DNA of 64,000 bases. Origin: Octopus vulgaris (lineage: Eukaryota). The position numbers and the translations under genes were made by a program. How positions within the stretch are numbered: the stretch's first letter is position 1; each line of letters begins with the position of its first letter. The stretch is taken from contig OX597817.1 in NCBI GenBank assembly GCA_951406725.2, positions 67,642,001 to 67,706,000 on the forward strand, written 5' to 3'. The notes below the pieces were generated by a model. It was given only the letters and a program-made list of their open reading frames with translations, was not told where the DNA came from and did no database searches. Below, piece after piece: positions 12,403 to 26,951 of this stretch.

Positions 12403-13596
12403 AAACTGTGATTAGAGTGCAGAACTACAAATACTGCAACCATTTTTTTTATATCTCATTAAACTGAGTAGCACTGAGAACAGTTGGTATTGCTCCTCTG
12501 TTAACACTTGATACATCTGAGGTTTTTCCTCGTGCTATAATGCAAACTTCCTGTTTTAAAGTGATCCAAATTAAAACTTTCCATCAAAATTTTATCTTAA
12601 TTTACATTGCAAGTGCTAGCTTAATAATGCAAAAGTTATATAACTTAAGTTCTTTATTTGTTTCCAAAATTAATGGTCCCTGAAAACATGATAACTAACA
12701 GGTTGATTGCTTGGCTGTTAATTATTTTATAGCACAATAATTCATTTTGATAATTTCAATTAAATATTTATCCAGGGGTGTATCATTTGTTATATGAAGC
12801 TTTGTGGTTAGGATGTTGGACTCACGATCATGAAATTGTGGTTTTGATTCCTAGATCAGGCAATGTATTGTGTTCTTGGGCAAAACACTTCATTTCACGT
12901 TGCTCCAGTCCACTCATCTGTAGAAATGAGTTTAGCCTGAAGGGAGATGGGTTCTGCCAGGCTTTCTCGTCCAAGATACGCTGCATGGCTGCAGTGCCCC
13001 AACGACCCCCCAAGGGGTTAATGAACTTGTAATTGTAATAATATCAGTTATTATATGTAAAATATTATACATGGACACTATTTTTTAATATTGTTTTGCA
13101 AGAAAAGATCCGGACCTAATTAGCTAAAACTAGCATTTCAGTTTTCCTTGTCGATAGCAGTTGTGATGTGGAGGACATGTCCTTGACCACTAGGAAACTG
13201 TTGTGATAGCATTTAATGAAATAATTTCTACTTGTAAATATTGTTCACTGGTATTGGTAGCTTCCGTATTGTGATTTGAATTACCTGTCATATTGTATGA
13301 ATTGAAATGACATTATTTAGTAAATAGCATAGCATACATATACTCTTACTTATATATTTTATTTTTCAGTTATGTATAAACTAATGTAGATAATGAAACA
13401 GTCTGTTGACATGACACTATAAGTGGAAAGATATATTGTGCTAGTCAATTTTCTGAATTTCTAATAGGGATTACTTTATATCAACATATTTTTTCTCTGC
13501 CATATTTTTTTTTCCCCTCTTTGTCTATTTTTTCTAGAATGCTAATAATGTAAAAGACTTAACGTGCCCCTATGATAGGTCCATATAACCTGGGGT

Positions 13597-13635
<39 letters not shown>

Positions 13636-13962
13636 GCATGCGCACAAGTTTTAAGCTGTTTCATTCTATCTTAATGTTTTAACTGTGAAGTCTATCGTAT
13701 CATAGGACATCTAGCTTGGTGCTTGTGTTATTTGCTCCATATATTAACATACCTCCACTAGCATTTAGGTCAAGCTCTTAGAGAGCAAGAGACAGACAGC
13801 CAGGCAGAGACAGTGAGAGAGAGAGCCAGAGAGTCTTCCAAGTTTTGTGAAGTGTAAAAATACTTAGTAGGGGGTCTTCTTCATAAGATTCAGTTTATTT
13901 GCATTTACACACAAGAGGAGGAGGAAAACTCTGTGTGTGCATGTATGTATGTATACATGTAT

Positions 13963-14025
<63 letters not shown>

Positions 14026-16719
14026 TGAGTGGAATGTATGATGCTGATACTGATATTAGTGAGTAATGCTATAAAAACACAAATACTATTTGCTTGTTTA
14101 CCCAATTGTCTTATACATGCTGACTTTCATCTTTGTGTGTTTCTGCTAGATTTGTTTTTCCAATATCAGAATACCAGTGTTTATATAACTACTGGTACTA
14201 TTAGTTGCTGCCTGTTGGGTAGATTTTCTTGTATTTTTCATCGTCTCCCTTAAAATAAATTTTCGAGTTGTTCAAATCATCAAATCATAAAGTGCCACAA
14301 AGGCAGCCTGAGTAAGCTTATATTTATTTATTTATTTATATATTTATTCATTTTATTTTGTTTTTTGTTTGGCATTTTTTTTTTGTTTTGTATATTTTAG
14401 ATGTACAATATATTCTAATTTGTTCCAGTTCTAGGATTTTGCATGTGTGCAGGTATGTGTGTATAATGTATATGTGTTCGTGTATGCTCTTTTACTGGTT
14501 CCGGTTATTGGACTGCAGCCATACTGAGGCACTGCTGTGAAGCAGTTTATTCAGATCATATCAGAACCCAGTACTTCTATCTCTCTGGTTATTATTTTAT
14601 CAATTCTTATTTGTCTATCCACTAAGTTACAAGAGCATGACATATATAGCCTGAATTTTTAGACTGATGTAAATATAAAGGCACACACACACATACACAC
14701 ACCTACAAAGAGTGAGCAAGATGGAGGATACCTATATATATTTTCTCAGTGACTTTGCAAATTTTGAATAAAAGATGTTTTTTTTTTTTTTTATTGAACT
14801 CAATTTCATATGCTAAGTTCTTTATTCAATTAATGTTTATTTGTTTTATATATAATATATACTAAGAGTTTGCTTTTCATCCTATATTAGATGGTGCACA
14901 ACTTCTTATTCTGAAATCCAGTACTACATTGTAGTAGAATTTTTTATTTACTGGTAGAAAAGCTTCAAAAATATCTCTTATATGCAATAGAGACAGTAAT
15001 AGATTAAAATAGCCATCTGTGTATCATACTTAATACAACTTGTCTTTCAACCCTATAGTCACATTGTGTACGATACATAAATGCTCAAAGTTTCAGTTCA
15101 GACAAAATGCCTTTTGGTAATTGTTCTGGCTCTTCACCTTCTGATTTCAAATCCCAGCGAGGTTAACTTTGCATTTTATTGCTTTGGAATTAAAAGAATA
15201 AAGTCTTAGCCAAGTGCTATTCTCAGTGGTATTTACTGACCATTTACTAGGAGAAAATACTTGTCCATGCTGTGAGACTGAACCTAGAACCATATGGTTG
15301 GGTAGCAAACTATTTCCACACAGCTATGCTGCACCTGTATGCACACATATGTGCATTTGGCTACACAAATGAGAAGGAGGGGTACTCAATACAAAAACTA
15401 GAGTATATATATCAGATTTATATGACTTATGGCTGCATGAAACTTCTGCATTGTGTAGTAACAAAAGCTTCTAAGTACAATAACTTTGCAATATTTATAT
15501 ATATCTGAAATTTATTTTCTCACAATTTCTATTTATGTGTCAGTGTAGAAACTAGGCTGTGATCTTTTCCTTCTGCTTAAATATATAGTACTCGTATCTT
15601 GAATTAGTAGTATGGTAGAAAATACACAAAAAGAAACACTTTTCTTCATCTTCCTAGAAATCCTAATTTTTAAATGGATTTGGAGTAGGACAGTGTAGCA
15701 CTTTTAGAGTAGATGGTGTTAAGCTTTATAAGAAAAATAAATTCTCCTTGCTAGTTTTGGATTGCTCTCAAAGTGAAGTGAAGCAGTGAGAGACAGAGAC
15801 TGTCGGTAAGAGATTAAATTGCTCAGACAATAAAATATTTGAATTACTTCCAAAACCTGATATGATTATGTTTGTGATAACTCTGGATTAAGAGTGTCTG
15901 GAGTGATTTCTTGTTTTCTTCAAGGCTCGAAGCACATTATTATTTGTGTTTGTTTGTGTGTGTGTGTGTGCATACGTGCGTGCATATTATTTTCTCTTTT
16001 GTAATACAGCTGATTACCTTTCTTGTGGCCTACATTTTTCCATGTTTTAGAACTAATCTCTGTGACTTGATCTTAAATGAAAGAAGAAAGAATGGATACA
16101 TCTTTTATATTTCCAACAATAGATGAACTGATGTTGACACTGTGGCTCTTAATGGATGGATTAGATTTCTTTCTTATAGATATATTCTTTTGTCATTGTT
16201 GTTATCTGCTACCTTTAAATCTGTTATCATACCTGTATTAAAAAAAAAGGGGTAATAACATATATATTTTCTTTGTCATTTACTACAAGATATCTACTAA
16301 TGCTTCAAAAGCCTGAGATGTTTACTACTGGTGTTTGTTTGTTTGTTATAGTTTTGTTTTGCACAGCCATAAGTAAATATTACTGACATTATTGATTTTT
16401 TTTATAATGATAAACCAGGTTTTAATTTGTCATAAGGGCAATGAAAGGAAGAAGCCTTACAAAGATGAATTACCAAAGCAATAGGAGTTTTATATTTAAT
16501 GAAATAAGAAAAAAAGAATTGTGTTACAAAACTTTTTTCAAATCTCATCATTATCATCATCATCTTTTTACATTCACTTTTTCAGTTCTCAATGGATTGG
16601 ATAGAACTTCTTGAGGGTTCTACAGTCAGATGCCCTTTCTAATGCTAGGCTCCCCACTCCCATGTGAAGTACTTTAGCTCATGTTTTCCTACACCAAACT
16701 GTCAAGCTACCTGATAACA

Positions 16720-17415
16720 AGATGGCAAGCTGGCAAAATTGTTAGCATGCTGGATGAAATACCTTTTATCCTTTCAGGAGCCATAAAATAAGTACCAGTT
16801 GAGCACAAAGGTCAATGTAAACAACTTATCCCCTCCCCCACAATTTCAGGCCACCTGCCTATACTCTTTTACTCTTTTCAGTGATTTGGCTGCGGCCATG
16901 CTGGAGCACCACCTTTAGTTAAAGAAATCGATGCCAGGACTTACTTTTTGTAAGCCTAGTGCTTATTCTATCAGTCTCTTTTGCCAAACCAAGTTTCAGG
17001 GGCATAAACACACCAACATCAGTTTGTCAAGTGAATGTGGTTGGGAAGACTTGTCGAATACATCAACCTCAGTACGCAACTGGTACTTAATTTATCGTTC
17101 CAAAAGGATGAAAAGCTAAATCAACCCTGGCGGAATTTGAACTCAGAATGTAGCAACAGATGAAATAACACTAAGCATTTCATCCAGTGTGCTAACGATT
17201 TTGCCAGCTCGACACCTTTATAATAATAATAATGGTTTCAAATTTTGCCACACTGGTAGTAATTTGGGAGGAGGGGATGAGTTAATTACATCAACCCCGA
17301 AAGGAAGAAAGGTAAAATCGACTTCAGCAGAATTTGACCTCAGAATGTGGCAATGGGTGAAATATTGCTAAGCATTTCGTTCTGGCACACTGCCGATTCT
17401 GCCAGCTCGTCGCCA
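16720..17415. mobile_element. Cluster of SINE fragments: family B (+) 16720-16862, family A 3' end (-) 16865-17030, and two family B (-) at 17045-17220 and 17235-17415
   Basis: Each segment matches other copies in the window, and segments are separated by (TAA)n tails. Confidence 0.75.
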
Positions 17416-17437
17416 TAATAATAATAATAATGATGAT

Positions 17438-17952
17438 GAATGCCCTGATGTAGTACCAGGCAGTGGCTTTCATGGTTTCTCATCTTAACTGATTGGAAGT
17501 GTTATCATGTTTTGCCTTGGTATAAAAAGATGGGCTACAGCAAATATTCTGCTCAATACCACAGATTTGTTTTGTCAGTTGCTTCACCTTAACCAGTTGA
17601 GCATGTCCCTTAGTGGTTGACGATATGTACAGAAGTAGTGGGGGAGCATGATAGCCATATGTTGAGAAGAATTCTTTGGGGTTTGAATAATTCACCTGGA
17701 AACATGGGTGTTTCGTTCATCATCCTTAAACAACCCTTATTCAGGGACCTTTTGAGCAGGATGGGGCACTTGGCCTAAAGAAAATTCTAACTGAGCCCCA
17801 CCTGCAAGATATAAGTCACCATGTTGCACACATATGGTTGTGATGCATGTGCCTGGTGTACCCTTATCAGACAGGTAGTCATGATGGGTATATTGAGCTT
17901 CATATAGTTGTACCCCAGTGTCACTTTGATGGCATGCACTGCTCTCTTACTT
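17438..17952. repeat. Probable interspersed repeat of unknown class
   Basis: Higher-complexity, higher-GC block bounded on both sides by (TAA/TGA)n tails. There is no second copy in the window and no recognisable ORF. Confidence 0.35.
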
Positions 17953-17984
17953 GATCATGATGATGATAATAATAATAATAGTGA

Positions 17985-18015
<31 letters not shown>

Positions 18016-18929
18016 TCCTTAAATAATCTAGTTCACTGGTCATTATTGAATGTTAGTAACTACATATATTCAGTTACTACTTGGTTCATAAATGTAACAT
18101 TTACTCCAGCAAATTTTGTGTGTACTATGTGGGGTACTGGTTCATTGATTGACATAAAAGTTATAAATATGGAAGAGGAACTTTTTTTTTATTTAAAACA
18201 CCATCTTGATACTAATTCATTCCTGTTTTCCTTTCCACCACACTTTGATACTTTATTTTATTTATTTATTTATTTATTTATTTTTGCATTGACATAAATT
18301 CTTGATTTATTCTCAACATAAGCTTTTAGATTCATAGGTCAATCTTCCCTCCCCACCTCATAGTTCACATAGTTTCCCCATTTCTCAGATTTTGTATCTC
18401 TTTCTAAAATTCTTGTGTCCCTATTTCTGAGGCGGTGTCAGTTACTCTGTTTTCAAGAAGTAAAGGAACTTGCCTCCTCCCAGTCACAACTGGAACAAAT
18501 AATCTGAAAACTTTTTTGTTTTGTTTTTTTGTAAGGCCCTATAACATAAATTTTTCTTTGCATGGCTTCTACTTTTTTGAAGCCTTTACTTATAATCATG
18601 TATTATTTGTGGTGGTGATGAATAAAGAGGCTTTCTCAGTTATAACGAAATCACAAATTTATTTTCTATGGTTTCAAACCTTGCTGCCATAGCTCTGGAA
18701 TTATACTTTTTAGAGGGATTTAGTGTTGATATATATAAAAAAGAAACACCTATGACCAAAGGTATTCCAGCCACAACTGGCTTATCTTTTCAAATTGCAT
18801 CTCTAAAATAGTAGGACATGGTTTGAGAAAGATTTGGCTGTTGTTTCATTCAGTTCTAGTGACCATATAGAGGTTTCCTCCTTGGTACACAAGTGTGCTT
18901 TTCCATGCAAAGGATCATGGAAAGATCCA

Positions 18930-19080
18930 TGCTAAGAATATCATTGCAAAATAGCTAAAACACAAATTCTAATGGGCTGAACATGTTGTGAGGTTCACAG
19001 ACAGCAAGTGGACTTGTTCAGTGGTATCCAGGAGTTCAGAAAAAGCCATTTGGTAGGCCTCCATGATGAATGGAAGACAA
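18930..19080 (+). pseudogene. RTE-clade non-LTR retrotransposon ORF C-terminal fragment
   Basis: Translates WAEHVVRFTDSKWT from 18973, then after a frameshift QWYPGVQKKPFGRPP**. This matches the RTE C-terminal pattern WAGHVxRxxDxRWT...WxP...RxxGRPxxRW. Confidence 0.75.
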
Positions 19081-19729
19081 TTCAGTTAAATAATTTGGGC
19101 TGAGATAGGATAAAAGGCCACAACCAAGAAAGTATTAGAAGCCCATTGTGACCAGCATCTGATAGTCTTGTCACTGCAGTGATGTGTGCTTTTACTTTAG
19201 CCTCAGGCTGACCCAAGACTTGCAATGGAAGCTGTGTGGGAAATCTGTCAAATGGACTGTATCTTGTTGATTCTGCCTGAAGGTTTACACTAAGGCTACA
19301 AGTGCCTGTCACATTACTCAGCTAAACATGCTCTAATTCAGTGAATAGGTAGTTCACTTGATAAACAAAGAAAAAAACCCAATTAACTATTGGAACTAAT
19401 GGAAGATCCAGTAAGATTTCCTAAATGAATCCATAGCCCAGTTTTGATATTTTTAGCTAATTCATTGCCTTCCCCTATTTTGTTTACTATGCCATTCTGT
19501 TGATAATGTACATTAGTAGATAGATACATTCGATTTCTGAAAGATGAAGTAAATGGTTTTATGACATTTCAAAGACTTCATTAAATTTTAACTGTTTGCT
19601 AGGCTTGTTGATGCAAACAGGAAAATAGAACTCAAAATATGAGTATATATATATATATCTTAATAATTGGCAGAAGTTACTGAATTTCTTAGGGGCTGAG
19701 AATTTAATGTGTTTACAATGTGTATAGAA

Positions 19730-19985
19730 TATAGGTACAAGCATGGCTGTGTGGTTAAGAAGCTTGCTTCACTACCATATGGTTTTGGGTTCAGTTCCAC
19801 TGCATGACACCTTGGAGAAGCATCTTCTGTTATAGAGCTGACAATTACCTTGTGCATGAATTAGGTTAACAATGGAAACTGTGTGGAAGCCTGTTGTATG
19901 TGTATGGCTGTGTCTTTGTGTCTTGACAACAAAATCTGCTTTGTTTACTTTCTCAGAGCCTAGCAATTCAGGAAAAGAGACTGAT
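19730..19985 (+). mobile_element. SINE family A copy (diverged)
   Basis: ggctgtgtggttaagaagcttgcttc...gggttcagttccactgcatgacaccttgg. Confidence 0.8.
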
Positions 19986-20249
19986 TAGACTTAAGAAAGG
20001 TTGTTTGAGAAATATGTTAGCTAGCATGGCTTTCCAGCTGTATTGGGGTGCTGTTTCCTATGGGAGATAGGCCTATAACCCAGGCAACTAAAGGAAGTCA
20101 CCAATGAGACAGGGATTGGCAGCTGAAACAAGCTCAAGGAGGCTGTGGTTGATACAAAACCACAGGTGGAACCCTTCTGCATGCAAAGACTAGTTCAGCC
20201 CTTGCTGACCCACTCTGGAAACGTACAGTCTACTGAGTGAAGCACTTGT

Positions 20250-20300
20250 GATCCTAAGATATTTGCTGATGATATGGTAGAGTTTCCAACATTGCAACGG
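20250..20300 (+). pseudogene. Possible LINE reverse-transcriptase relic (FADD motif)
   Basis: cctaagatatttgctgatgatatggta translates PKIFADDMV. Only this single motif supports the call. Confidence 0.25.
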
Positions 20301-20837
20301 ATTGTTATGGGTTTAGAAGATCTTACAAAACCTCTGAATTGTTCTTGCAGTTTCCACATGGAGCAGAGCATCTCCAATGTTTATTTCACCCCATCCCACT
20401 ACACACACACAAACAACACCATCATTTTTATGTATATACATACATGTATATTGTTCATATTATGTTTGTGTTTCCTTGCTAGCTTAGATTGGATGGGCAC
20501 TTATTTGAAGAAGTATTTTTACAGTGTGATACTCTTTCAGTCACCAACCCTTTCTTGTTTTACAAGTAAAGGATCATTTCACTAGTTCAAGAGCACTGGG
20601 ACAAAATATACACTGGGAATGTACAATGGCACCAATTTTTCGCTCAGATGATCTTATATATATAGATATATATCAGCACACATACGCACATGTACATACA
20701 TAAGTGTTTTGTTGTATTTCGCTTCCCTTATGTTGAAAGTAATGCTGTTTCTGCTGTGGAAAAAATCTTCGGTGGCTATACCAGAAAAAGGAGCTATTTC
20801 TAGCACTAGAGTTAGCCACTTATCGCTAACTCTCTTA

Positions 20838-20887
<50 letters not shown>

Positions 20888-22021
20888 TAAATATGAATAT
20901 ATGTATTGAGAAATGAATATTGTTTCTCTAAAATAACAGAAATTGCAACCAGCCTAGATGCACAAATCTGTGACTTCATGTGATGCTGTTACGTACGCAA
21001 ATACTGGGGGTGGGGATATAAAAAAAAAAAAGTGATGAGATGAGACTTCTCATAGCTGTTATCTAAACATTCTTGTAAGATGTTAACAAAATATCACTAT
21101 TTTTATAAACTACCTTCTCCAATTTCCAAATTTGATTGCTGGTCTGCATCAGCATTGGCTTTTGTATATATGTCTGTATGTGTGTGTGTGTGGAATCATA
21201 TTACTATTGCTTGCTAGAAATATTTTTATCAACTTTGCTGTAGAAGTTTATATCTATCACTCACTCCAGTTTGTAAAATTGTCTTTTTTTTTTATATGGC
21301 AATCATAAATGATTTGAAAGTTATTTAAACTTATACCATGGTAATGAGAGAAATAGAGTGTGAGAGAAAGATGGATAATTTCGGTTACTCTGGGGATTGT
21401 GTAGAATCTAGTATTTCAAGAGAGCCCTTACCTACTTTATCTGAGAGTTAGGGAAAAGAGACAAAACAGAGTGAAGTAACATTGGCTTTGTAGGCAAGTG
21501 TGAGGGAATGAATTGAAATGGTGGAGTGATGTAGGGGGCGATAAGAAAATGGCCAAGAAAGAAAGACAGATATGTATATAACTATGTGTGTGTGTGTATA
21601 GTCAGTTCAAATAAATGAATTAAAAAAATGGACAGCATGAGGACGTGCATAAATGTATTAATTTGATGCTTGATGAAAGGAGAGAGTTTGCTGTTTTGAG
21701 CATAGCTCTTCATCGGAACAGAGAAAGGGAAAAGTCCGAAGACGGAAAACAAATCGCCAACGGCACACATGTAGATACATTGTTGAAGTGACCAGAAGTG
21801 TATATTTGTTTATTATATATATATGCTTATATTGCTATACCTCTTCATATTATGAGACAAAATTCTTTCTTAGTCCACATTGCTTTGTAATTCTTCCAGT
21901 ACAAATTAAAAATGACAGTACTAAGTTTAATATAATTAGCTATGGTCCTTGAAGGCAGTACTGCTGTATGTAGCCATGCTCCAGCATATGGAGCTAATAG
22001 ATTGTAATAATGTCAAGCAAA

Positions 22022-22242
22022 CGAGGGGTTGCTGAAAAGTTTCTGGCTTTGGGTAAAAGAAAATACAGGAGTATCAGTTAATTATGATTTTATTCAACAT
22101 ATTCCCCTTTCAAACTCACACTCTTATTGCAGCAGCCTTTCAGATTTTCTTAGCTCTGTAAAAGAACTCAACTCAGAAGGCTGGACCCCCAAACAAACCT
22201 TTCGTGATATCCTTAAAGCAGGAACTGTTCAGCACCCCCTCA
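22022..22242. mobile_element. Tc1/mariner-like MITE
   Basis: Terminal inverted repeats cgaggggttgctgaaaagtttctggcttt and aaagcaggaactgttcagcaccccctca; TA follows the right end. Confidence 0.8.
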
Positions 22243-22564
22243 TATGAACAAAGCTAGAAATTCGAAGATAACAACTATGTCACTCCCACTCTCTCATATT
22301 TGATTGTTACACAGTTGACGTACACCGCATTTGAATCCAGACGCTAAAGAGCAGTAATTAAATACTATAAGCTTTTTATCCGATGCACTAATTATGCTGA
22401 TAACCACTGCCCTCCTCAGTGAAATTATAAAAAGAATACATGGCGAAGATTTGAGTAATAAATTTTTATTTTTTAATTTTTTTTTTTTTTTACCAACCTG
22501 TCTGAGACAGCTTCTGGTTCTTTGATGCAAACTTCCTACAATTCTATATTTCTGAGATGAGGAA

Positions 22565-22767
22565 TTTATACTATATGTACTAGTGTCCTCCACTAGATTG
22601 TTGCTTTCACTACATTTTGGTTGTTATATGCTCCAGCTTCCTTCAGGTTTCTTCTGATACAAGAATCAAGTTCAATACAGGACATTTAAAGAAGGCTGGA
22701 GCATACCACAGCTGCAACATAACGAAAGCAATAATTAAGATGAGGACACCAGTTTAACTAATATAAA
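22565..22767. repeat. Inverted-repeat element with degenerate hammerhead-like arms (possible Penelope-like derivative)
   Basis: Left arm 22565-22648 (gtgtcctc...ttgctttc...atgctccagc) pairs with right arm 22680-22767 (gctggagcat...gaaagcaa...gaggacac). Confidence 0.65.
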
Positions 22768-23213
22768 CAGCATTTTAAAAATTACCTTAATTAATATCAT
22801 CCATCAAGATTTCATGCAAATTTTTGTTCCAGATGCCATCTAAATAATGATAAAAGTTATTTTAATAAATTCTTGACTTAAAACAAGAGACAGTATGTTT
22901 CAACAGAAATGTGTTAAGAAATAGGTTAATTAAGGAAGTGTATTTCAGTGGCATGTGGTAAAAAAATGGTTAGTTAAGTGTTTAAATGCCACTAGACAGA
23001 ATCTAGTCTTTGAACAATTTTGTATCACTAACGGTGTGCTTATTCTAGAGACAGCCAGTTATCCTTTGTGCATCGGTATGACTTGGTAACTGCATCATTG
23101 TTTCACTAATTGTTTTAAGTGTCTATGTAGTAACAAGCAGACAAACACACCCTCTCGATGTGCACACTTTTTAACCCAATAGAAGATCCAGGGTGTAACA
23201 ACTGAAGAAAGAA

Positions 23214-23261
23214 AGGGCAGGGATGCTGCATTTGCTCAGGGCAGGGATGCTGCATTTGCTC
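23214..23261. repeat. Perfect 24-bp tandem duplication
   Basis: agggcagggatgctgcatttgctc x2. Confidence 0.95.
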
Positions 23262-26200
23262 CCAGCTGGTGCTTATTACAGCTGAGCAGCCTAGAGCAAC
23301 AGCAAATAAAGTGTGTTGCCTCATCCAGGAATTGAACCCATGATCTTGTGATTATGAACTGAACTCTGTAACTGCTGGACAACATACCTTCATTATTATG
23401 AAGTATCAGATATGTCTTTGTTGCTTGTTAACAACACCCTGCAAGCAAATATATTCCCCAATACTCACTTTTGTTTCTTTCTTCACTGCTCGTGTGTGTG
23501 TGTGCACATGCGCCTTTGTTATTGAAAGTTCAGGAAAGTCCCAAAACCTTTCATTCTTTCAGGGTCAGTAGAAAGTACTAATCCATGGCTACTAGTTACT
23601 GAATATGCTAAAATACTCACCAATAGATCCAAAACTAGGCCTTTAAAACACCCACATACTGAAAGTGACATTTGAGCATGATGAAAAGATGAAGAAAATA
23701 AAACTTTAGGACATTTTTGGAGAGAAACTTACAAAGTTTAGGGGTAAGAATTTACTCCAAATGAAACATCTCAGTAATATTCTTAGGAAGCAGTTAAAGG
23801 AAAAGTTTTGATAAAAGCCTCCAAGAAATGTAGTTCAAGTGACAATTTAGATAAGCATCTATGTGGTCACTATAGATTCTAGAAACAGTAACCACATTTC
23901 CCTCAAATTACACCTTACCCTATTAAAAGGGAAATGGCCCTTTACATAAAATCCTGGATTCATATGACTTGAAAGAAATTTTAGGATGGTTATTGTTTCA
24001 TAATTCTGCTAGGTTAGTGCTGGCCTGCTTTCTTTGCTAGGCAACAACAACATATCTTAATAATACTAAAACTCTAGAGGTGTTTGTGTGTACCCGAAAT
24101 ATCTCAGAAATAGTATATTTTATCTTAATTTTTTTTTTAATATTTATTTTCATACCTTCAGCAGTGCAGTACAAATTTTTGTGATATTTGGACCTCTACT
24201 TATTAATGAAAACGATTAAACACAATTTTTATTTTTATTTCTTGACGAAAAAATAATATGGCTTCTGTGACGTCAACATACATACAGAATACACATACGT
24301 ATAATGCATGTCATGGTGGGTCAATCAACCCAAACACACATCCACTATCTGTGACATATACACACATGGTCTTTGCGCTCTCTAAGAAAAAAAAATGTTG
24401 ACTTTTTGACATGCACAATATTTTAATCATTTAGAAATATTTTTAACTGAATGTGATTTCAAAAATGTAAATTGTTTGTATTTTACAAGTATTTATATTT
24501 TAGCTTTCTTTAAACAGACAATACTTTGATGTGTTTTTTTTTTTTCAATTATTTTCAAGTGAATGACGATCTTTCATTTTGACTCTGAGAACTGTCATCT
24601 ATAAAACATTTTTATTCATTTACTTAAGTTTAAAAGTGAAAGATGTATGTGCATGTATATGAAATGGACATGTGTGTTTGAAAGAGAGAGAGAGAGAGCG
24701 AGTGAAGGAATATGTTGTATATACGTACATACATCGATACATATGCATCCACCTTTTTTGTATGTACATGTGCATGTGTGCATAAGAGAGACAGAGTGAG
24801 TGAACATGTGTGTTCTCATATATGTGTAAGTAGCACTCTCTCTTTCCTCTCTCTCACACACACACACACACACATCCATTTCACATACATATTCATCATA
24901 CATCTTTCACTTTAAAACAAAAGTAAATGTAAAAAAATTTTACGGAAATTAACAAGCAAAACCAGCTGATCTGGATGACAGTTCTATGAACAAAGCAAAA
25001 GATCATCCCAAAACTTTTCGAGTGCATTCAACATATCTTAGCTCCAAAGATTTGGCTGCTATTTCTAGCACGCCCTGCTACCACGTAACAGCTATTTGCG
25101 ATAAAGGACTTGAAATACTTGTTACATGGTAGCATGGCATGCAAGAAATAGCAGCCCAATCTTTCCTTTTCTGGGGAAAAGAGCCATTTACGTGTGATTT
25201 CAATGTCATATTCATTGAACGCATGCGAAATAACCTGGAAAGGGGAGAAAAACTATGACAAAGAACTCCATTGCTGTGAAACTCAGACATTCCAGGTGAC
25301 CCAATGGACCACAGGTAGTCTATTATGAAATTAAAGATGAAAACTGCTTTTTATGAACTTCTAGAGGCTACTAGAAACCTATTGACTGATTTGAAGAATT
25401 ACCTTTATAAAAGCAAAGGATTGTTGATTCCAGAAAGTTTAAAGGGGAATGAACCAAAAGCCCGATGTAATTTGAACTCAAAACCGGGGAGAAAGAGGCT
25501 GTGGAAACTAAGTACTGTAAGACATTTAGCTTCTGTTACTGTACCATTTCTGTCAACTCACTCCAAATTCCAATAATTTCTAATGATTTTACATCCACAT
25601 GAATTTCCTATATATTCTAGTTTAGTAGTTAACAGAATTGGCTGTTCATTTTCTTCTTTCCTTCCTTCCTTCCTTCCTTTTTAGCTTAGGACGTAATGAT
25701 TGAAACTTGTTTCTGTATTTACTATGTGTGTATGTGTATGTAAAAACTAAGTTTCCTTAATTAAGAAAAAAATTGTTCAGGAAAAGAAAATTAGAAGTTG
25801 ACTGGAAGAATTAGTTGGTATCAAAATTGTGATCATTTTGATAGTTATGTCCTTTTACCTATCTTATTGTTAACATAAGTAAGGTTAATAATAATAATAT
25901 ATTTTATTATTATTATGATTTCTTTCATTAGCCACAGGAGCATACATGAGGACTGATATCACATGGACAGATCAATTTGCGTAGGGATTTACATAAAGGA
26001 TGTGGGTGAGGAAATAACGATAATAATAATAAACTTAAATGATTATTACAAAATGATTCAATCCTGGAAACATAAGAGGCTTTCCTTGAATCTGTGGAAT
26101 TTCAAATATTGTACTTACTCAAAGAAATCAAATATCTTTATATATAAGAACATTTTGTAAATATTGACAAAATCTCAACCTATGACAACAATTCTGACCT

Positions 26201-26879
26201 ATAAAACGATTTTGAAACCAAACCCTTGGCTCAGGGGATCATTGAGTACAGTTTTGTATTGTTCCTTAGATTCAGTGGTTTGGTACCTGTGAGATCATTG
26301 GTAACTATAGAACATTACAAAACAATTATGTTCAATGTTGTTTTTAATTTGCCATTCTTTTGGTAAATATTTTTAGAATTTTGCCTTGTCACTACAGCAG
26401 AGCATCAGACCAACAAAAGTGCAAACAGTGCTTCTTATAGAAAATCACAGTACAAGTGAAAAGTAAAGTGCACATGTTTGTGTGTGAGGGTGTGTGTCTC
26501 TCTCTCTATCTCTGTCTCTCAGTATATATATGCATGTGTGTGTGAATATGTGTATACGTATTAGTGTGTACATACACATATAAATTTGTGTGTGGATGTG
26601 CATATACATATACATGTTTGTGTGAGTATGTACGTATGTTGACGTTATGAATGCAGGAGGTTTTATGTCTACGTGTTGTGAGAATATGGTTGTGTGTATT
26701 TGTTATATTTTATATTTTTTCCTTCCTATTAATAGCCAATGAGAATGCATTGTAGCTCTTAGCTCCGGCATTTGAAACTCCAAGTACTATTATGACAACT
26801 TACTGATTGTCCTAAACTATACATATGTAATAATCCTCTATTTACCTAATATCGAGGTCTCATTCTTTTGTTGTCAATT

Positions 26880-26888
26880 TTATTATTA

Positions 26889-26951
<63 letters not shown>
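26880..26951. repeat. (ATT)n then (TA)n microsatellite
   Basis: Directly visible. Confidence 0.95.

Noticed and set aside
15755-15811. Possible small exon ending TCG|GTAAGA (similar donor-like sites at ~9719 and ~54576)
   Set aside because: Weak or absent acceptor and no coding signal; such motifs are common by chance in 64 kb.
23214-23261. Short direct repeats (also 36286-36351) as a CRISPR-like array
   Set aside because: Two adjacent units with no spacers in eukaryotic DNA; simple tandem duplications.
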